Origin: Octopus vulgaris
Lineage: Eukaryota
DNA length: 64,000 nt
NCBI GenBank assembly: GCA_951406725.2
Contig: OX597818.1
Coordinates: forward strand, 91,822,001-91,886,000
Direction: 5' to 3'
The notes beneath the pieces were generated by a model. The model was not told the origin of the DNA. It did no database searches and saw only the letters and a program-made list of their open reading frames with translations. How positions within the stretch are numbered: the first letter of the stretch is position 1; the number at the start of each line of letters is the position of its first letter. Shown here piece by piece: positions 51,194 to 64,000 of this stretch. Both the position numbers and the translations under genes were made by a program.

Positions 51194-54100
51194 TAAACTG
51201 GTATGCTCCACTTACCCTAAGCCTACAACTTCAAGTAAATAAACCATATACCCTCACATATACATATATATATATACATACATACATACATACACATATA
51301 TATACATATATATATATATATACGCGTGTGTGTGGTGTGTTATAATAACAGAAAGAAAAGCGGGCTCAGAAGTGACAAGCCTTAACAAATACTGTATCAG
51401 CTTCGCGCTCAAATGGAGGAGAAAAAGTCTAAACGTATCAGACGAAAGTACTTTATAAGAAAAATCTCAAATAATAGCCATATCAGAGGAGAAAGTGGAA
51501 CAGTAGTTGAGAGAAGAAAAATGCGTATTATCTATTATACCTTCTCATCTTATTTCTTTTCTTATACATATATGTTTCTTCTATTTTCCAGTTCGAAAGG
51601 AATCAAGATATGAGTTGTTCCGTAAGTATTATCATTATTTATTTTCTAAAAATAGCTTTCATATGTCAGGTTTTGAAATGAATACAAAGATTCCCATTGC
51701 ATAGTTCGTCTTACCTCAGATTGATTCGGGTGGCTTTTAACAAACAAATTGTTTAAAATTTATAGAAGAAATCAATTTGTGTACCAAGAATTATCAGAAA
51801 CTGATTTTAGATTAGTCTTAATTATAAAATGGGTGCAACATCGTTGTAATATCCTACAATATCAAAAATACCTCTAGATTTTAATATTTCTTCATTATCT
51901 CATTTGTACTGCTCTATGTTTATAGTTACTGTCTAGTAACCTACTTCCGTACTATGTCTAAAATAATGTATTACAGTGTCTACTCCATATAAGAAAATGC
52001 ACCATGTTACGTAAAATTCTTCCTTATTGCTAGTTTCGGATTTTAATCATCTAATTTTATCTATTTTTTCCAGCCTGAACGTCGCATGAGATTCCGTGAA
52101 ACCTGCCAAAGGCTTCTCCCGTATTTGGAGAGAACACTTGAAATGCACAACAGTGGAAATCAATATTTCATGGGAGACCAGGTACGTAATTTCTTGATCC
52201 GTTGTGATTCAGTCATCATGGATTCGAAATATCTCGAAAATTATCATGTTACACTGTTAGGTTCTTCATTGAATGTGACTGGCGATAAGTTTAGGCTCAA
52301 AGAATGCTGAATGTTAGCAAATGATTAAGCGAAGATATTTGGATATAATTTGACCAATGTCTTGTAACATTGGCGCAAAAATGGATGTGTAATTAAGGAG
52401 CTTGTATTGCAACCTGACGGTTTGGGGTTCAGTCTCACGTGTGGTACCATGTGTAAGTGGTTTAGACCCACAAATATCTTGTGCGTGAATTTGGTAGACG
52501 GAAACTATGCGCGAGTCCGACGTACCTATGTATGTATTTGTGTGTGTGTGTGTGTGTGTATGTGTGTGTGTGTGCGTGTGTGCGTGTGTGTGTGTATGTG
52601 TGTGTGGTGTGTGTTTGTGGTATGTGTGTGTTGTCTTTGTGTTTCTTACCCAACTTCATAACCTGTGTGATTTTGTTTGAGTCCCCATAATTTATCGGTA
52701 CGCAAAAGAGACCAATAGAATAAATACCAGATTAAAAGTGTAAGTATTGTGGGAGAATCGTTCGACTAAACCCGTCAAGGTGCTCTTCTGTCATAGTTTC
52801 AGTCCAGTGACTGAAACACATCAAAGTTAAAATATAAAGAATATTTTTTGCCACGTAGTTAGACGAAATCTGCTGTAGATTTTCCCAGTATTTTTGTTGG
52901 TATTTGGCGAAAAGAAAGATGTTTCTGTGTCTGGATTAGATCGCTTCTCTATCAGGGGTTCTGTCCAATGGATCGGTTCCATTATAGTACAACAAGCGTA
53001 GGACACATCCATCAGAAACATAGTGTCCTTTCAGTCTGCATTAAGAAAAAGTACCTTATTATCGTGCCAGTATACATTTAAGACAAATGAGTCATTAATA
53101 GTTTTGATAGCAGAACAGGCTGTTATGACCGTTCTAGACCTTTTACGTTGACATTGTTAAATTTTCTGGGTTTTTTTTTCATATTAAATGGCCAGAATAG
53201 CCAGCACAATAACCTTTACGTATCTGGGTACAGCCAGCTGCTCCTTTTCCATTTTCCTATGCAAACTGAAAATGGGACTATGTTTTCAACTTAGCTCAAC
53301 GAAAGATAACCCCTATGCTTTAGCACTGTCTAGTTGAAGCATATTATCCCGAATAATCTTTTAATAATATTTTATTATTCTTAACAGAAGAGATTATAAG
53401 TGACCGTTAAAACAGTTAGATTCGAATGCCAAATCTTGACTTCTATGCTCTTTGTAAACAGGAAGATTGGGGCTCTGAATATACCATTGATCATAAGTCT
53501 GCTCGATCAGCATGGACATCAGGCAAAGCAACAACTGCGAATGAGATACATTACTAAATCTTGCAGTTAAAGAAAGCGAGAATAAATGAGAGCAGTTAAC
53601 AAATTACGTAGTTTCGGGGATTGTGATATTACACTGGATGCGGCGGGTATTATTCAACTCTACTGCAAAGTTGTATTGTATTATATCGGTACATCTGCTC
53701 TGAAGTTATAACATTGTTTCAGTTTATGTTATTACATTATATGCTATTACATCTGATTTAAAGATTTAATCTAATTTTACATATCAAATTTATTTCATAT
53801 TTATACGTTATTTTGATTACCTCACATCTCTCAAGATATAATACGTTATATAATTATATTTTATTGCGTCTTCACATCTGCTATATATTTTATTTTTTCT
53901 AGGGTGATAGATTAGCTGAATGGTTAAAGCCACAATTATTTACTTATATCTCTTTACTTTCCGAGTTCAAATACCTCTATAACTGACACTATTACTTTTC
54001 ACAATTGAGGGCTTGAGTAGATAAGTTACAGGGTCTATTTAATCGACTATACGCACCGACCACCCCCAAAATTTGTGGATTTATATCACACTGTCAGAAA

Positions 54101-54420
54101 TACTTATATTTTAGAACGATACATCTGCTCTAGTGATATAGCACATTCTATCATTACATCTTTATTATAAAAAATATCGAATACACTTTTTCACCAACAG
54201 AAATGCGATTTTATCCCTATTTCAATTGATATAATTTTTATTTTTCTTGCCGCAGATGACTATGGCTGATATGATGTGCTACTGTGCTCTTGAGAACCCC
54301 TTAATTGAAGAACCTTCTTTCCTCAGCCGTTACCCCAAATTGCAGTCTCTGAGAAACCGCATCCAAAACCACCCAAAGATTTCCATGTACCTTAGGAGTC
54401 AACCACGTACCGAATTTTAA
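42707..54420 (+). CDS. S-crystallin gene B, 215 aa; join(42707..42839,47601..47696,49053..49168,51592..51621,52074..52181,54256..54420)
   Basis: Spliced translation [219 protein letters not shown] introns; same exon sizes and phases as gene A. Confidence 0.96.
43545..44170 (+). mobile_element. 3' end of RLE-type non-LTR retrotransposon, (CATA)n-flanked family, copy 2 (intron 1 of gene B)
   Basis: [40 protein letters not shown]; long (CATA)n upstream and (CATA)n downstream. Confidence 0.72.
47601..47696 (+). CDS. S-crystallin B exon 2
   Basis: ttaatttcag|GA ATG CCA TGT...GAA TTT G|gtaagt. Confidence 0.96.
48130..48970 (+). mobile_element. Cluster of three SINEs from two abundant families
   Basis: GGCGAGCTGGCAGAATCGTTAGCACGCCGGG family (also about 5585-5805 minus, 17765-17860 minus, 20590-21020 minus, 38045-38170) and GGCGTGGCTGTGTG-TAAGAAGCTTGCTTCCC family (also about 9420-9800 minus, 12330-12640 minus, 52380-52815, 56375-56530). 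Confidence 0.75.
49053..49168 (+). CDS. S-crystallin B exon 3
   Basis: tttttaaaag|GT TTC CAT GGA...ATG AGG|gtgagg (AAG acceptor). Confidence 0.95.
51592..51621 (+). CDS. S-crystallin B exon 4 (30-nt loop microexon [10 protein letters not shown])
   Basis: ctattttccag|TTC GAA AGG AAT CAA GAT ATG AGT TGT TCC|gtaagt; long pyrimidine tract upstream. Confidence 0.92.
52074..52181 (+). CDS. S-crystallin B exon 5
   Basis: ttttttccag|CCT GAA CGT...GAC CAG|gtacgt. Confidence 0.96.
54256..54420 (+). CDS. S-crystallin B exon 6 (with stop)
   Basis: cttgccgcag|ATG ACT ATG GCT GAT...TTT TAA. Confidence 0.96.
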   Translation: MTMADMMCYCALENPLIEEPSFLSRYPKLQSLRNRIQNHPKISMYLRSQPRTEF

Positions 54421-54799
54421 ATGTGAAATCCACAATAATAACGTGAATTTCTCGCATGAAATCAGTAACACGAACAATAACAACCGAAGATACTTAAAAG
54501 TCACAACAAAACACATCAGTTATTATCAATGTGAACCAGTTTCTCTGGTGTCTAAAATTTTAATGTAATAACACACAAAAATGTCTCAATAATTCAGTTA
54601 TTTTCTTTTTCTTCTTCATTTTAAGAAATTGTTGCTTTTTTTCTTACCTTTCAAAGGAAAACACATCTCTGTTGCAATACACTGAAACCGAAAATTTTCT
54701 GACAATTCCAAACCTGTCAGAGAATGTTATATAACTACAAAGCTATGGCATTTAGTGAAATTTCTTGTAATCTTTTAACAATCAGCTTACCAAGATTCC

Positions 54800-54805
54800 A
54801 ATAAA
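54800..54805 (+). terminator. Candidate polyadenylation signal of S-crystallin B
   Basis: AATAAA 380 nt after the stop, followed by a CA and a T-rich tract. Confidence 0.55.
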
Positions 54806-56581
54806 AAGAAACACAAAATGGACATTTCTCTCAAATTCTCTTTAATAATAGTTATCTTTTATGATTTTGAAGTTCTACTAAATATATTTCAAGAATAAAT
54901 ACCGACAAACTCGATAGGATGTCACATTAGTAAACAAACATTCAACTGTTCATACTACAAGAACTGGACTGCGTGATGTCTATGGTGAAAAATAATAATA
55001 ATTTCACTCATACTAACTATGTCTATCTAACTATAAATTCATTTAATTAAAAGCATAGCGTTCATTTCAACAGATTACGCAGAATACATTTGATAAGTAT
55101 TTCATTAGATTCCAGTACATGGTTTGAATGATACCATGAAGAACCGAGAGAAGTGGGCCTTGCTACTGGTTCGTTTGTTTTATATAAATATTGTTAGGAT
55201 ACCAAAAGTTCACCGGCTAATTTTATTAGGGTGCAATCAAGTATACTAGAACAAGTATAAATGCCTACTCTAGGTAACTAGTTTCCCATACACTTAAGAA
55301 GATGATGTCAAAATTCAGAAACGGTAAATTTTCAGTATCATTTACTGAAATTCTTCTGGAATCTTCATATAAGAGTTCACTAGAGTTGATCACTGTTTTC
55401 TTATAAATCTTAAATGCAGACAACTAATAGTAAACAAACCAGCTATGAACGCAAAAAGCAATGTTTCATTTGAAATTAATTAATCAGGATTACTACAGAT
55501 TAATGCCTTCGGTCTAAATATTAAAACAAATTAACACATCAGTTGGTGACCTCAGGAATCCTTCCTGGGTCTAAATATTACAACTGCACGATTCATTGGA
55601 AAATAGATTCAAACCTTCAACTTGCATTGATTTTATTTATTGCAACAGATTGAGTAGCATAATCTCATCACGTAGTGGTATAACCAGTATAATCTTATCA
55701 CAACACCAATTGTTTCATTCCCACTGTCCTGTCGGTTTCTCCAATCAAACTAGACATCAATAATCTAGTTAAATCAGAAGCAGGCTGATATTAGCAAAAG
55801 CCGACTGAATACCTTCATAAAATATATTAAGTCCCCTTTGCACAAATAGAAAAGAACGCTAGTGTTTTGCACACAGCCTTTACTAGTGGAGAGATCACAA
55901 GGATTCCTGAACAAATGCATAAATTCTTCTTCTCTTTATGCCCGAATATAATCGATTACTTACATTTTAGAAGATAAATGGCTTCCTGAAAATTTTCAAT
56001 GAAATCGCTGTTTCAGTTTTCCGTAGGTTTCTTTCTTAACATAAAATAGCACCTATATTCAGAACGTTACTTAAGAAACGTTAGCCGTATTGGAAAACTT
56101 TATTCTGTAACAATACAGAACCATCCAAAACACGGAGTTCCTCTACCTAGTAGCTTCATGCTCTACAACTAACATTCTAATCTTTATTAAATTACGGTTT
56201 ACCATCTTACAACGTAGAAGAATACATTCGAGTATATTAACTTAAATACACCATGTCTGAATAAATGACGTAATAGTCATTGTTGGAACGTCTTTTCGCC
56301 ATTGATCTCCTCAATCGTGCTTGACCTGGTGCTAGGCAGCGTTCAATAAAGGAAATTTGTGAAATCTTACAACTTGGATGTGCAATAAGAAGTTTGCTTC
56401 CCACCACATAGTTCCATGCCCGATCCCATTGGGCGACACTTTGGGAAATTGTTTTCTACCGGAGCCCCGGGCCGACCAGAAAATTTTGAGTAGATTTGGT
56501 AGACGGAAACTAGAAGAAGCCCATCATATATGTTTCTATGTATCTGCACGCGTGTGTATGTGTCTGTATGTATACGTGTAT

Positions 56582-56664
<83 letters not shown>

Positions 56665-56757
56665 TCGGGAATATTATTCCAAACTTACAGGGAAAAATTC
56701 AATTTAGTGATACTAAAACAAATTTCACAATATATGATATATGTATATAAATTAGAC

Positions 56758-57048
56758 AAGAACCATCTTTTATAAATTCAACAATGAAATAACAATGATA
56801 TAATTCAATTATACCATATAGAAAAAAATTAAATATACAATAAAAACATATACCAATAATTAAGTAAAGTACAAAAAAATAAATAAAAAGTATATAATTG
56901 GTATATCAATTTCATTTGAAATTAATCAAACTGATTAATGTATATAATTATTGGCATATTTTTTTATTGTATATTTAATTTTTTCTATGTGGCATAATTT
57001 AATTATATCATTGTTATTTCATTGTTGAATTGATAAAAGGTAGTTCTT
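56758..57048. repeat. AT-rich foldback / MITE-like inverted repeat
   Basis: About 100-bp arms (56758-56861 and 56947-57048) that are near-perfect reverse complements with an 85-bp spacer; embedded in (TA)n. Confidence 0.85.
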
Positions 57049-57055
57049 CTCTAAT

Positions 57056-57142
<87 letters not shown>

Positions 57143-57935
57143 TGTGTATTTGTACCCTCACTGTTTGACATCTCTAGTGGTTCAGCAAGAGAAAGACAGA
57201 GTAACTACCAAGCTTAAAAATATAATTTGATTGATTCGTTTGAGTAAAACCCTCCAAGGCGGTGCTCCAGCATGGTCGCAGTCCAATGACTGAAGCAAGT
57301 GAACGATAAAAGATTTGTAGTCAGAATGAAACATCGTCATATAGCGTTAAGACTTTCATGTGTAAGCGATAAACCTCAAACATTTAATGATACATCATTA
57401 AAGTGTTGAAATCTTAGTGCAGAAATACGGTAGTAGAAATAACACTGGGATATAAACTTTGAAATGTAAATGATACAACATTGAAAGGGATGAGTGCTTA
57501 ATGCCGGAGGTAAGAAAATTAACACAGAGCTAAGAGAATCGGAATGTAAAGCTCAACATGTTATGTCATTAAAAGAGTTGAGTGTTTAGTGCAGAAGTAA
57601 GGTAGAAGACGTAACATAGAAATAAAGAGTGTCGCAATAAATAATTACTAGGCGTAATTTTGTGGCGTTGATCACGTCCACAGATATTAGTGACCAAAGT
57701 GTAGTGGACAGTACTTTAATCACGAATTTGAACTTTGCTACTGATGCGCTTCACCTGCCTAATAGGAAGAGTAGTCATATAAATACACACGCGCACGCAC
57801 GCACGCTTCAGATTACATCCTACTGTCATCTAGTAGATTCCTGAAAAGAGAAGAACATGAGGATGATGATGATGATTAAATGAATTTACATAAGTCTACT
57901 GGATTGGGATCGACTTTGTCTAATTAAAAAAAAAA

Positions 57936-57996
<61 letters not shown>

Positions 57997-57999
<3 letters not shown>

Positions 58000-58245
58000 T
58001 CAAAAGATAGTGCTCATGGGAACTGCTCATATCCTTCGTACAATACTTTCTATGTAATCTCAATTATTAAAACAAACATAATTTTCTTATGGTTTCTTAA
58101 ACATTCTCTAGAACAGCAGTAGGTACAAAACCAAATATATGGCACCCTAAGCATGACACCAACATGAACTTACAGCTTCTCTCTTGAGGTCTCTGGGTGA
58201 GACTTGGAGCCAACTTGTACAAATGTAAAGCAAAAGTCGAACATA

Positions 58246-58246
<1 letters not shown>
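57997..58246 (+). mobile_element. Short 3' end of another Dong-like family; its 3' UTR recurs inverted at about 63880-64000
   Basis: IQKIVLMGTAHILRTILSM* plus UTR between (TAA)n tracts. Confidence 0.75.
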
Positions 58247-58305
<59 letters not shown>

Positions 58306-58308
<3 letters not shown>

Positions 58309-59870
58309 AATTAGGATTAGAAAAATGCGCCAAAGTAACCATGAAAAGAGGAAAACTAGTTAAGAGTAACAACATCACACTAGATAAAACCAATGAAATA
58401 AAAGAATTAGACCAAAGCCAAACTTACAAATACTTAGGAATCCATGAACTAGATAAGACACAACACACACAAATGAAAGAGAAAATAAAAAAAGAATATT
58501 ATAGACGAGTTAGATCAATACTAAAAACAGAGCTCAATGCTAAAAACAAGATAATAGGTATCAACACTTTAGCTGTCCCAGTTATAAGTTACAGCTACAA
58601 TATCCTTAACTGGACACGAAATGAACTGTCCAAAATAGATAGGAAAACAAGAAAAATACTGACAGGATCTAGGATGCATCACCCAAAATCTGTCATAGAA
58701 AGACTATATATACGACGTATAGAAGGTGGTAGAGGCCTTATACAGCTGGAAAACTACTATAAAATAACCACCATAGGACTGCAAAAATACCTACATCAGA
58801 AGGAAGGAAAACTGATCCAGATAGCAGCAAAACACGAGCAAAACAAAAAACTATTCTCAGTATTTAAGGAAGCTGACAAATACAAACAAGAAATCATACC
58901 ACCTAATAAACACAAAGAAGAAGAAGAAGATGATGAAGAAACAACAAAAGCTATAAAACAAATGAAATCCAAACTAAAAATAGAACAGCAACGAGCCATG
59001 ATAAAACGATGGCAAGAAAAGCCCCTTCATGGTAAATACTGCACTAAACTAAACGCAAAAGAGATAGACAAAGAAAAATCCCAGCAATGGTTGAGAAGCT
59101 CAGGACTCAAAGCAGAAACAGAGGGATTTTTAATTGCAGCACAAGACCAAAGCCTCCCCACCAGAAATTACCAAAAACATGTAATGAAAAGAAATATTAC
59201 AAGTAAATGCAGAATATGTGGAGATGGACAAGAAACAATAAATCATATTATCTCTAGCTGCCCAGTCCTGGCTAAGAAGGAATATATTCATAGACATGAC
59301 AGATTTGGAACCTACATACATTGGAAGCTATGCCAACATTATGGAATAACAACAGAAAAAAGATGGTATAGGCACACACCAGAAAAGGTCACAGAAAACG
59401 AGAAAGCAACCATACTCTGGGATATGCCGATACACACAGATAGAGAAATTAAGGCCAACAGACCAGATATAGTTGTCAGAGATCATGAAGAAAAAAATGC
59501 TTTCTAATTGATGTATCAATACCGGCAGATGACAACGTGTCTCTAAAAGAAATGGAGAAACTCTCAAAATACAAAGACCTGGAAATAGAGGTAACCAGAA
59601 TGTGGAACCTGAAAACAGAAACAATTCCTATCATAGTAGGTGCATTAGGCATGATAAAAAAATATTCAGACAAATACATAACAAAAACACCAGGACTTAC
59701 AAACACATATAACATACAGAAAATTGCACTACTAGGCACTGCACACATCCTACGCAGAACACTTTCCATACAATAACCATCAGAGCATCACAACAAATCA
59801 CAGCACATACCCAAGGCACACAGAGCTGCGCTCGGTAGTGAAGTGAAAGCACGCTATAAAAATAAAACTA

Positions 59871-59874
<4 letters not shown>
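58306..59874 (+). mobile_element. 5'-truncated R4/Dong-like RLE non-LTR retrotransposon, copy 1
   Basis: RT end (GLEKCA, YKYLG, GGRGL), CCHC zinc knuckle CRICGDGQETINHIISSC, RHD, ANRPDIV, LIDVSIP, KEMEKLSKYKDL, ALLGTAHILR; (TAA)n on both sides. Confidence 0.93.
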
Positions 59875-59947
<73 letters not shown>

Positions 59948-59951
59948 TAAC

Positions 59952-60095
<144 letters not shown>

Positions 60096-60112
60096 AAGAA
60101 GAAGAAGAAGAA

Positions 60113-61231
60113 AACAGCTGGAAAACTACTATAAATTAACCACCATAGGACTGCAAAAATATCTACTTCAGGAAGTAGAAGGAAGGAAAACTGATACAAA
60201 TAGCGGCAAAACGCGAGCAAAACAAAAAACTGTTCTCAGTATTTAAGGAAGCTGACAAATACAAACAAGAAATCATACCACCTAATAAAGATGAAGAAGA
60301 AGAAGATGACGAAACAAAAAAAGCTATAAAACAAATGAAATCCAAACTAAAAATAGAACAGCAACGAACCATGATAAAACGATGGCAAGAAAAGCCCCTT
60401 CGTGGTAAATACTGGACTAAACTAAACGCAAAAGAAATAGACAAAGAAAAATCCCGGCAATGGTTGAGAAGCTCAGGACTCAAAGCAAAGACAGAGGGAT
60501 TTTTAATTGCAGCACAAGACCAAAGCCTCCCCACCAGAAATTTCCAAAAACATGTAATGAAAAGAAATATTACAAGTAAATGCAGAATATGTGGAGATGG
60601 ACAAGAAACAATAAATCATATTATCTCTAGCTGCCCAGTCCTGGCTAAGAAGGAATATATTCACAGACATGACAGAGTTGGAACCTACATACATTGGAAG
60701 CTATGCCAACATTATGGAATAACAACAGAAAAAAGATGGTATAGGCACACACCAGAAAAGGTCACAGAAAACGAGAAAGCAACCATACTCTGGGATATGC
60801 CGATACACACAGATAGGGAAATTAAGGCCAACAGACCAGATATAGTTGTCAGAGATCATGAAGAAAAAAATGTTTTCTAATTGATGTATCAATACCGGCA
60901 GATGACAACGTGTCTCTAAAAGAAATGGAGAAACTCTCAAAATACAAAGACCTGGAAATAGAGGTAACCAGAATGTGGAATCTAAAAACAGAAACAATTC
61001 CTATCATAGGCATGATAAAAAAATATTCAGACAAATACATAACAAAAACACCGGGACTTACAAACACATATAACATACAGAAAATTGCACTACTAGGCAC
61101 TGCACACATCCTACGCAGAACACTTTCCATACAATTACCATCAGAGCATCACAACAAATCACAGCACATACCCAAGGCACACAGAGCTGCGCTCGGTAGT
61201 GAAGTGAAAGCACGCTATAAAAATAAAACTA

Positions 61232-61234
<3 letters not shown>
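60113..61234 (+). mobile_element. 5'-truncated R4/Dong-like element, copy 2, in tandem with copy 1
   Basis: Highly similar to 58742-59874; same 3' end AAAACTACTG-(AAT)n; 12-nt deletion in IIVGALG. Confidence 0.93.
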
Positions 61235-61309
<75 letters not shown>

Positions 61310-61312
<3 letters not shown>

Positions 61313-62880
61313 GCGATAAAATGAATAGAAAGTGCCAGATAATTAACTTTACAGTCCCAAAAGATGAAAAAAATCAAAATGAGAGGTATATAAAGGATAG
61401 CAAAGTATAAGGACCTAGCCAATTAATTACAGAGACTATGGAAAATGTGGGTGAAATGTATCCCAGTAATTATAGGTGCATTGGGAACTATCCATAAACA
61501 TTTGAACCGATGGATAGAGGAAATAGGTTTAAAACCCATATTAGTACAGCTCCAAGAAACAGTGTTATTAGGGACAGCTAGGATACATAGGAGGGTTTTT
61601 GGCATCTAAGGTTACTTGTTGTAGTCCGATGTTAGGATTGTTTCTTTTCCAACAGTTTAATCTGTTTTGTGTAGATGAAAATAAAAATGATGATAATAGG
61701 TTGTGATCCTATTCAAATGGGTAAAGAGAAAATAATAAACCGGACATAACAATTATAGATAATGAGAAGTGACGTTACTTACTGAGCGACACATCATCCC
61801 CGTTTGATTCCAGGATCGTAGAGAAAGAGGACGAAAAATAAAAACTAAATATTCCATTAAAAATATCCATCCATTAAAATTTGAAATAGGAAGAACTTGG
61901 AGCATGAGAACAGTAAAGGTCATGCCCATGACAGTTGGTGCGTTGGAAACAGTAAGAAAAGTTATAGACAAATGGCTGAATGAGATTGGAATAGAATGCT
62001 CGGTAAAGCTCCTACAGACAGTTTGTCTCTTAGGGACAGCAAGGATTATCAGGAGGGTTCTAAACACTTGAAAGACAACTGAAAATTTGAAGGTACCTAA
62101 GGTTACAGGTAATAAATCAGGAATAAGACCGAACCTGAGCCAAATCAAAATATTAATTAACATAATAAATGCTCTGATGCAGTACCAGGCACTGGCTCTC
62201 ATGTCTTTTGATTTTAATTAATTGGAAGTTTTCTCACGTATATGCTTTGTCTTGGTATAAAAGATGGGCTAGAGCAAATATTCTGCTCAGTATCAAAGAT
62301 TTGTTTCTCAGCTGCTTGATCATAACCACTTGAACATGTCCCTTAGCGGTTGACGGTGTGCGCATCTCTGATCAGGGGCAGGAGTTGGGGAACATCATAG
62401 TCAGATGTTGAGAATAATTTGGGGTGGAGGTTGAATAATTCACCTCTGGAAACATGGGTGTTTCATTCAACTTCCCAAAACAAATCGTAATCAGAGACCT
62501 TTTGAGCGATACGGCCTACTCGACATGAAGAAAAATCTAACTGGGCCATACATGCAAGGTCATATACTCTTTATTTTGATATAAGATCACCATGTAACAC
62601 ACATGGCTGTGATGCATGTGCCTAGTTCACCATTATCAGATTGGTTCCTTATATTTGTACCTCAGCATCATTTGATGGCATGCATTGCATGGTTCTCCTG
62701 GGATCTTATCTATATGTTTATGACATCCCTTTTTTATCATGCCTAGGGCACCTACAATAACAGGAACAGTCCTCGTTTTTAAATGCCACACCGTTTGTAT
62801 TTCAATTTCCAGGTCCATATATTTACTTAGTTTGTCAAATTCCTTGACAGATATCTTTTTATCACTTACATCTAAGTAGT
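61310..62880. mobile_element. Further decayed RLE LINE 3' ends (61310-61690 plus, about 61850-62165 plus, 62690-62880 minus)
   Basis: KYKDL..IPVIIGALGTI..LQETVLLGTARIHRRV; VMPMTVGALETV..LQTVCLLGTARIIRRVL; KEFDKLSKYMDLEIEIQTVWHLKTRTVPVIVGALG. Confidence 0.8.
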
Positions 62881-62881
62881 C

Positions 62882-62975
<94 letters not shown>

Positions 62976-63410
62976 ATTATTATTATTAAGAGAAACACAA
63001 ATCTACACCGCTTCTGTCTTCAAAATAAAATTATCAATAAATAGATATCATAATGAATTCTAACGGCAATAACTATTTAACTAACAGCATAATGGAAATG
63101 CTTATATGGGATGATGATCGTGATAATGGGGATGAATATGTTGGAGATGAATATGATGGAGAGGAGGAAGTGGCTGAGGATGATAATGGTGATTAAGATA
63201 AGGGGGGCAAAGGGACAACTGCTGACTGTGTAGGCGAATGAATATGCTGATCCTGACGATAAAGTTAACGATTGCCTAGATTATGAAGATGATACTAATG
63301 ATAAAGGGGATGAAGATTATCTGGAAAATGGAAATCATACTGGGAATAATTAGGGAGATTATGACGATGATTATGCCGATGATAATGACAACCATGATGG
63401 GGACAACGAC

Positions 63411-63444
<34 letters not shown>

Positions 63445-63746
63445 GTGATGAAAAGGGTGATGAAGATGATGATGGTTCAGTAGTGAACAGTGATGGTGAT
63501 TATTAGTATTATCTTTTGGATTGGCAAAACGCTTTCAGCTTAAGAAAAATGTCTTGCGATATTACTTTCGATATTTCGGATTGTGTGTTCAAATACTACC
63601 AAGATCAGCATTTCTTTTTATCTCTGCGTTTTCGGTACTCAAGAAAAACCAATCAAGTCCTGCATTTTGATGCTATCGTCTTATCCCCTTTCTTCAAAAT
63701 TGCTAGCATTGAGGCTACTATTATTGTTGTTGTTGTTGTTGTTGTT

Positions 63747-63881
<135 letters not shown>

Positions 63882-64000
63882 TCCTGTTAGACGTTTGCTT
63901 TGCATTTGTACAAGTTCCCGCCAAGTCTCACCCAAAGAGCTCAAGAGTCAACAAGCTAGAAGTTCATGTTGGTGTGTGTACATAGTATTGTTCTAAAGAA

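Overview
AT-rich, microsatellite- and transposon-dense eukaryotic DNA, almost certainly from an octopus (coleoid cephalopod). It holds two complete six-exon S-crystallin genes (lens proteins derived from sigma-class glutathione S-transferase) in divergent head-to-head orientation: gene A on the minus strand (CDS 10132 to 288) and gene B on the plus strand (CDS 42707 to 54420). Both encode 215 aa, have identical exon sizes (133/96/116/30/108/165 nt) and are about 73% identical in protein by manual alignment. The ORF track shows only fragments of them because the exons are short. The rest is repeats: two near full-length defective mariner elements plus older mariner remnants, several Penelope-like element (PLE) fragments, a cluster of R4/Dong-like restriction-like-endonuclease (RLE) LINE 3' ends in (TAA)n, RTE and Tx1 fragments, and many tRNA-derived SINEs. 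The most notable unexplained signals are (1) exon-specific synonymous homogenisation between the paralogs (exons 1 and 3 versus 2, 5 and 6), (2) at least five type I hammerhead-ribozyme-like loci, two of them back-to-back palindromic pairs, one about 1.1 kb upstream of gene B, (3) a Cys112/Gly112 difference between the paralogs, and (4) an RLE LINE that seems to sit in (CATA)n repeats. All alignments and counts were done by eye, and repeat boundaries are approximate.
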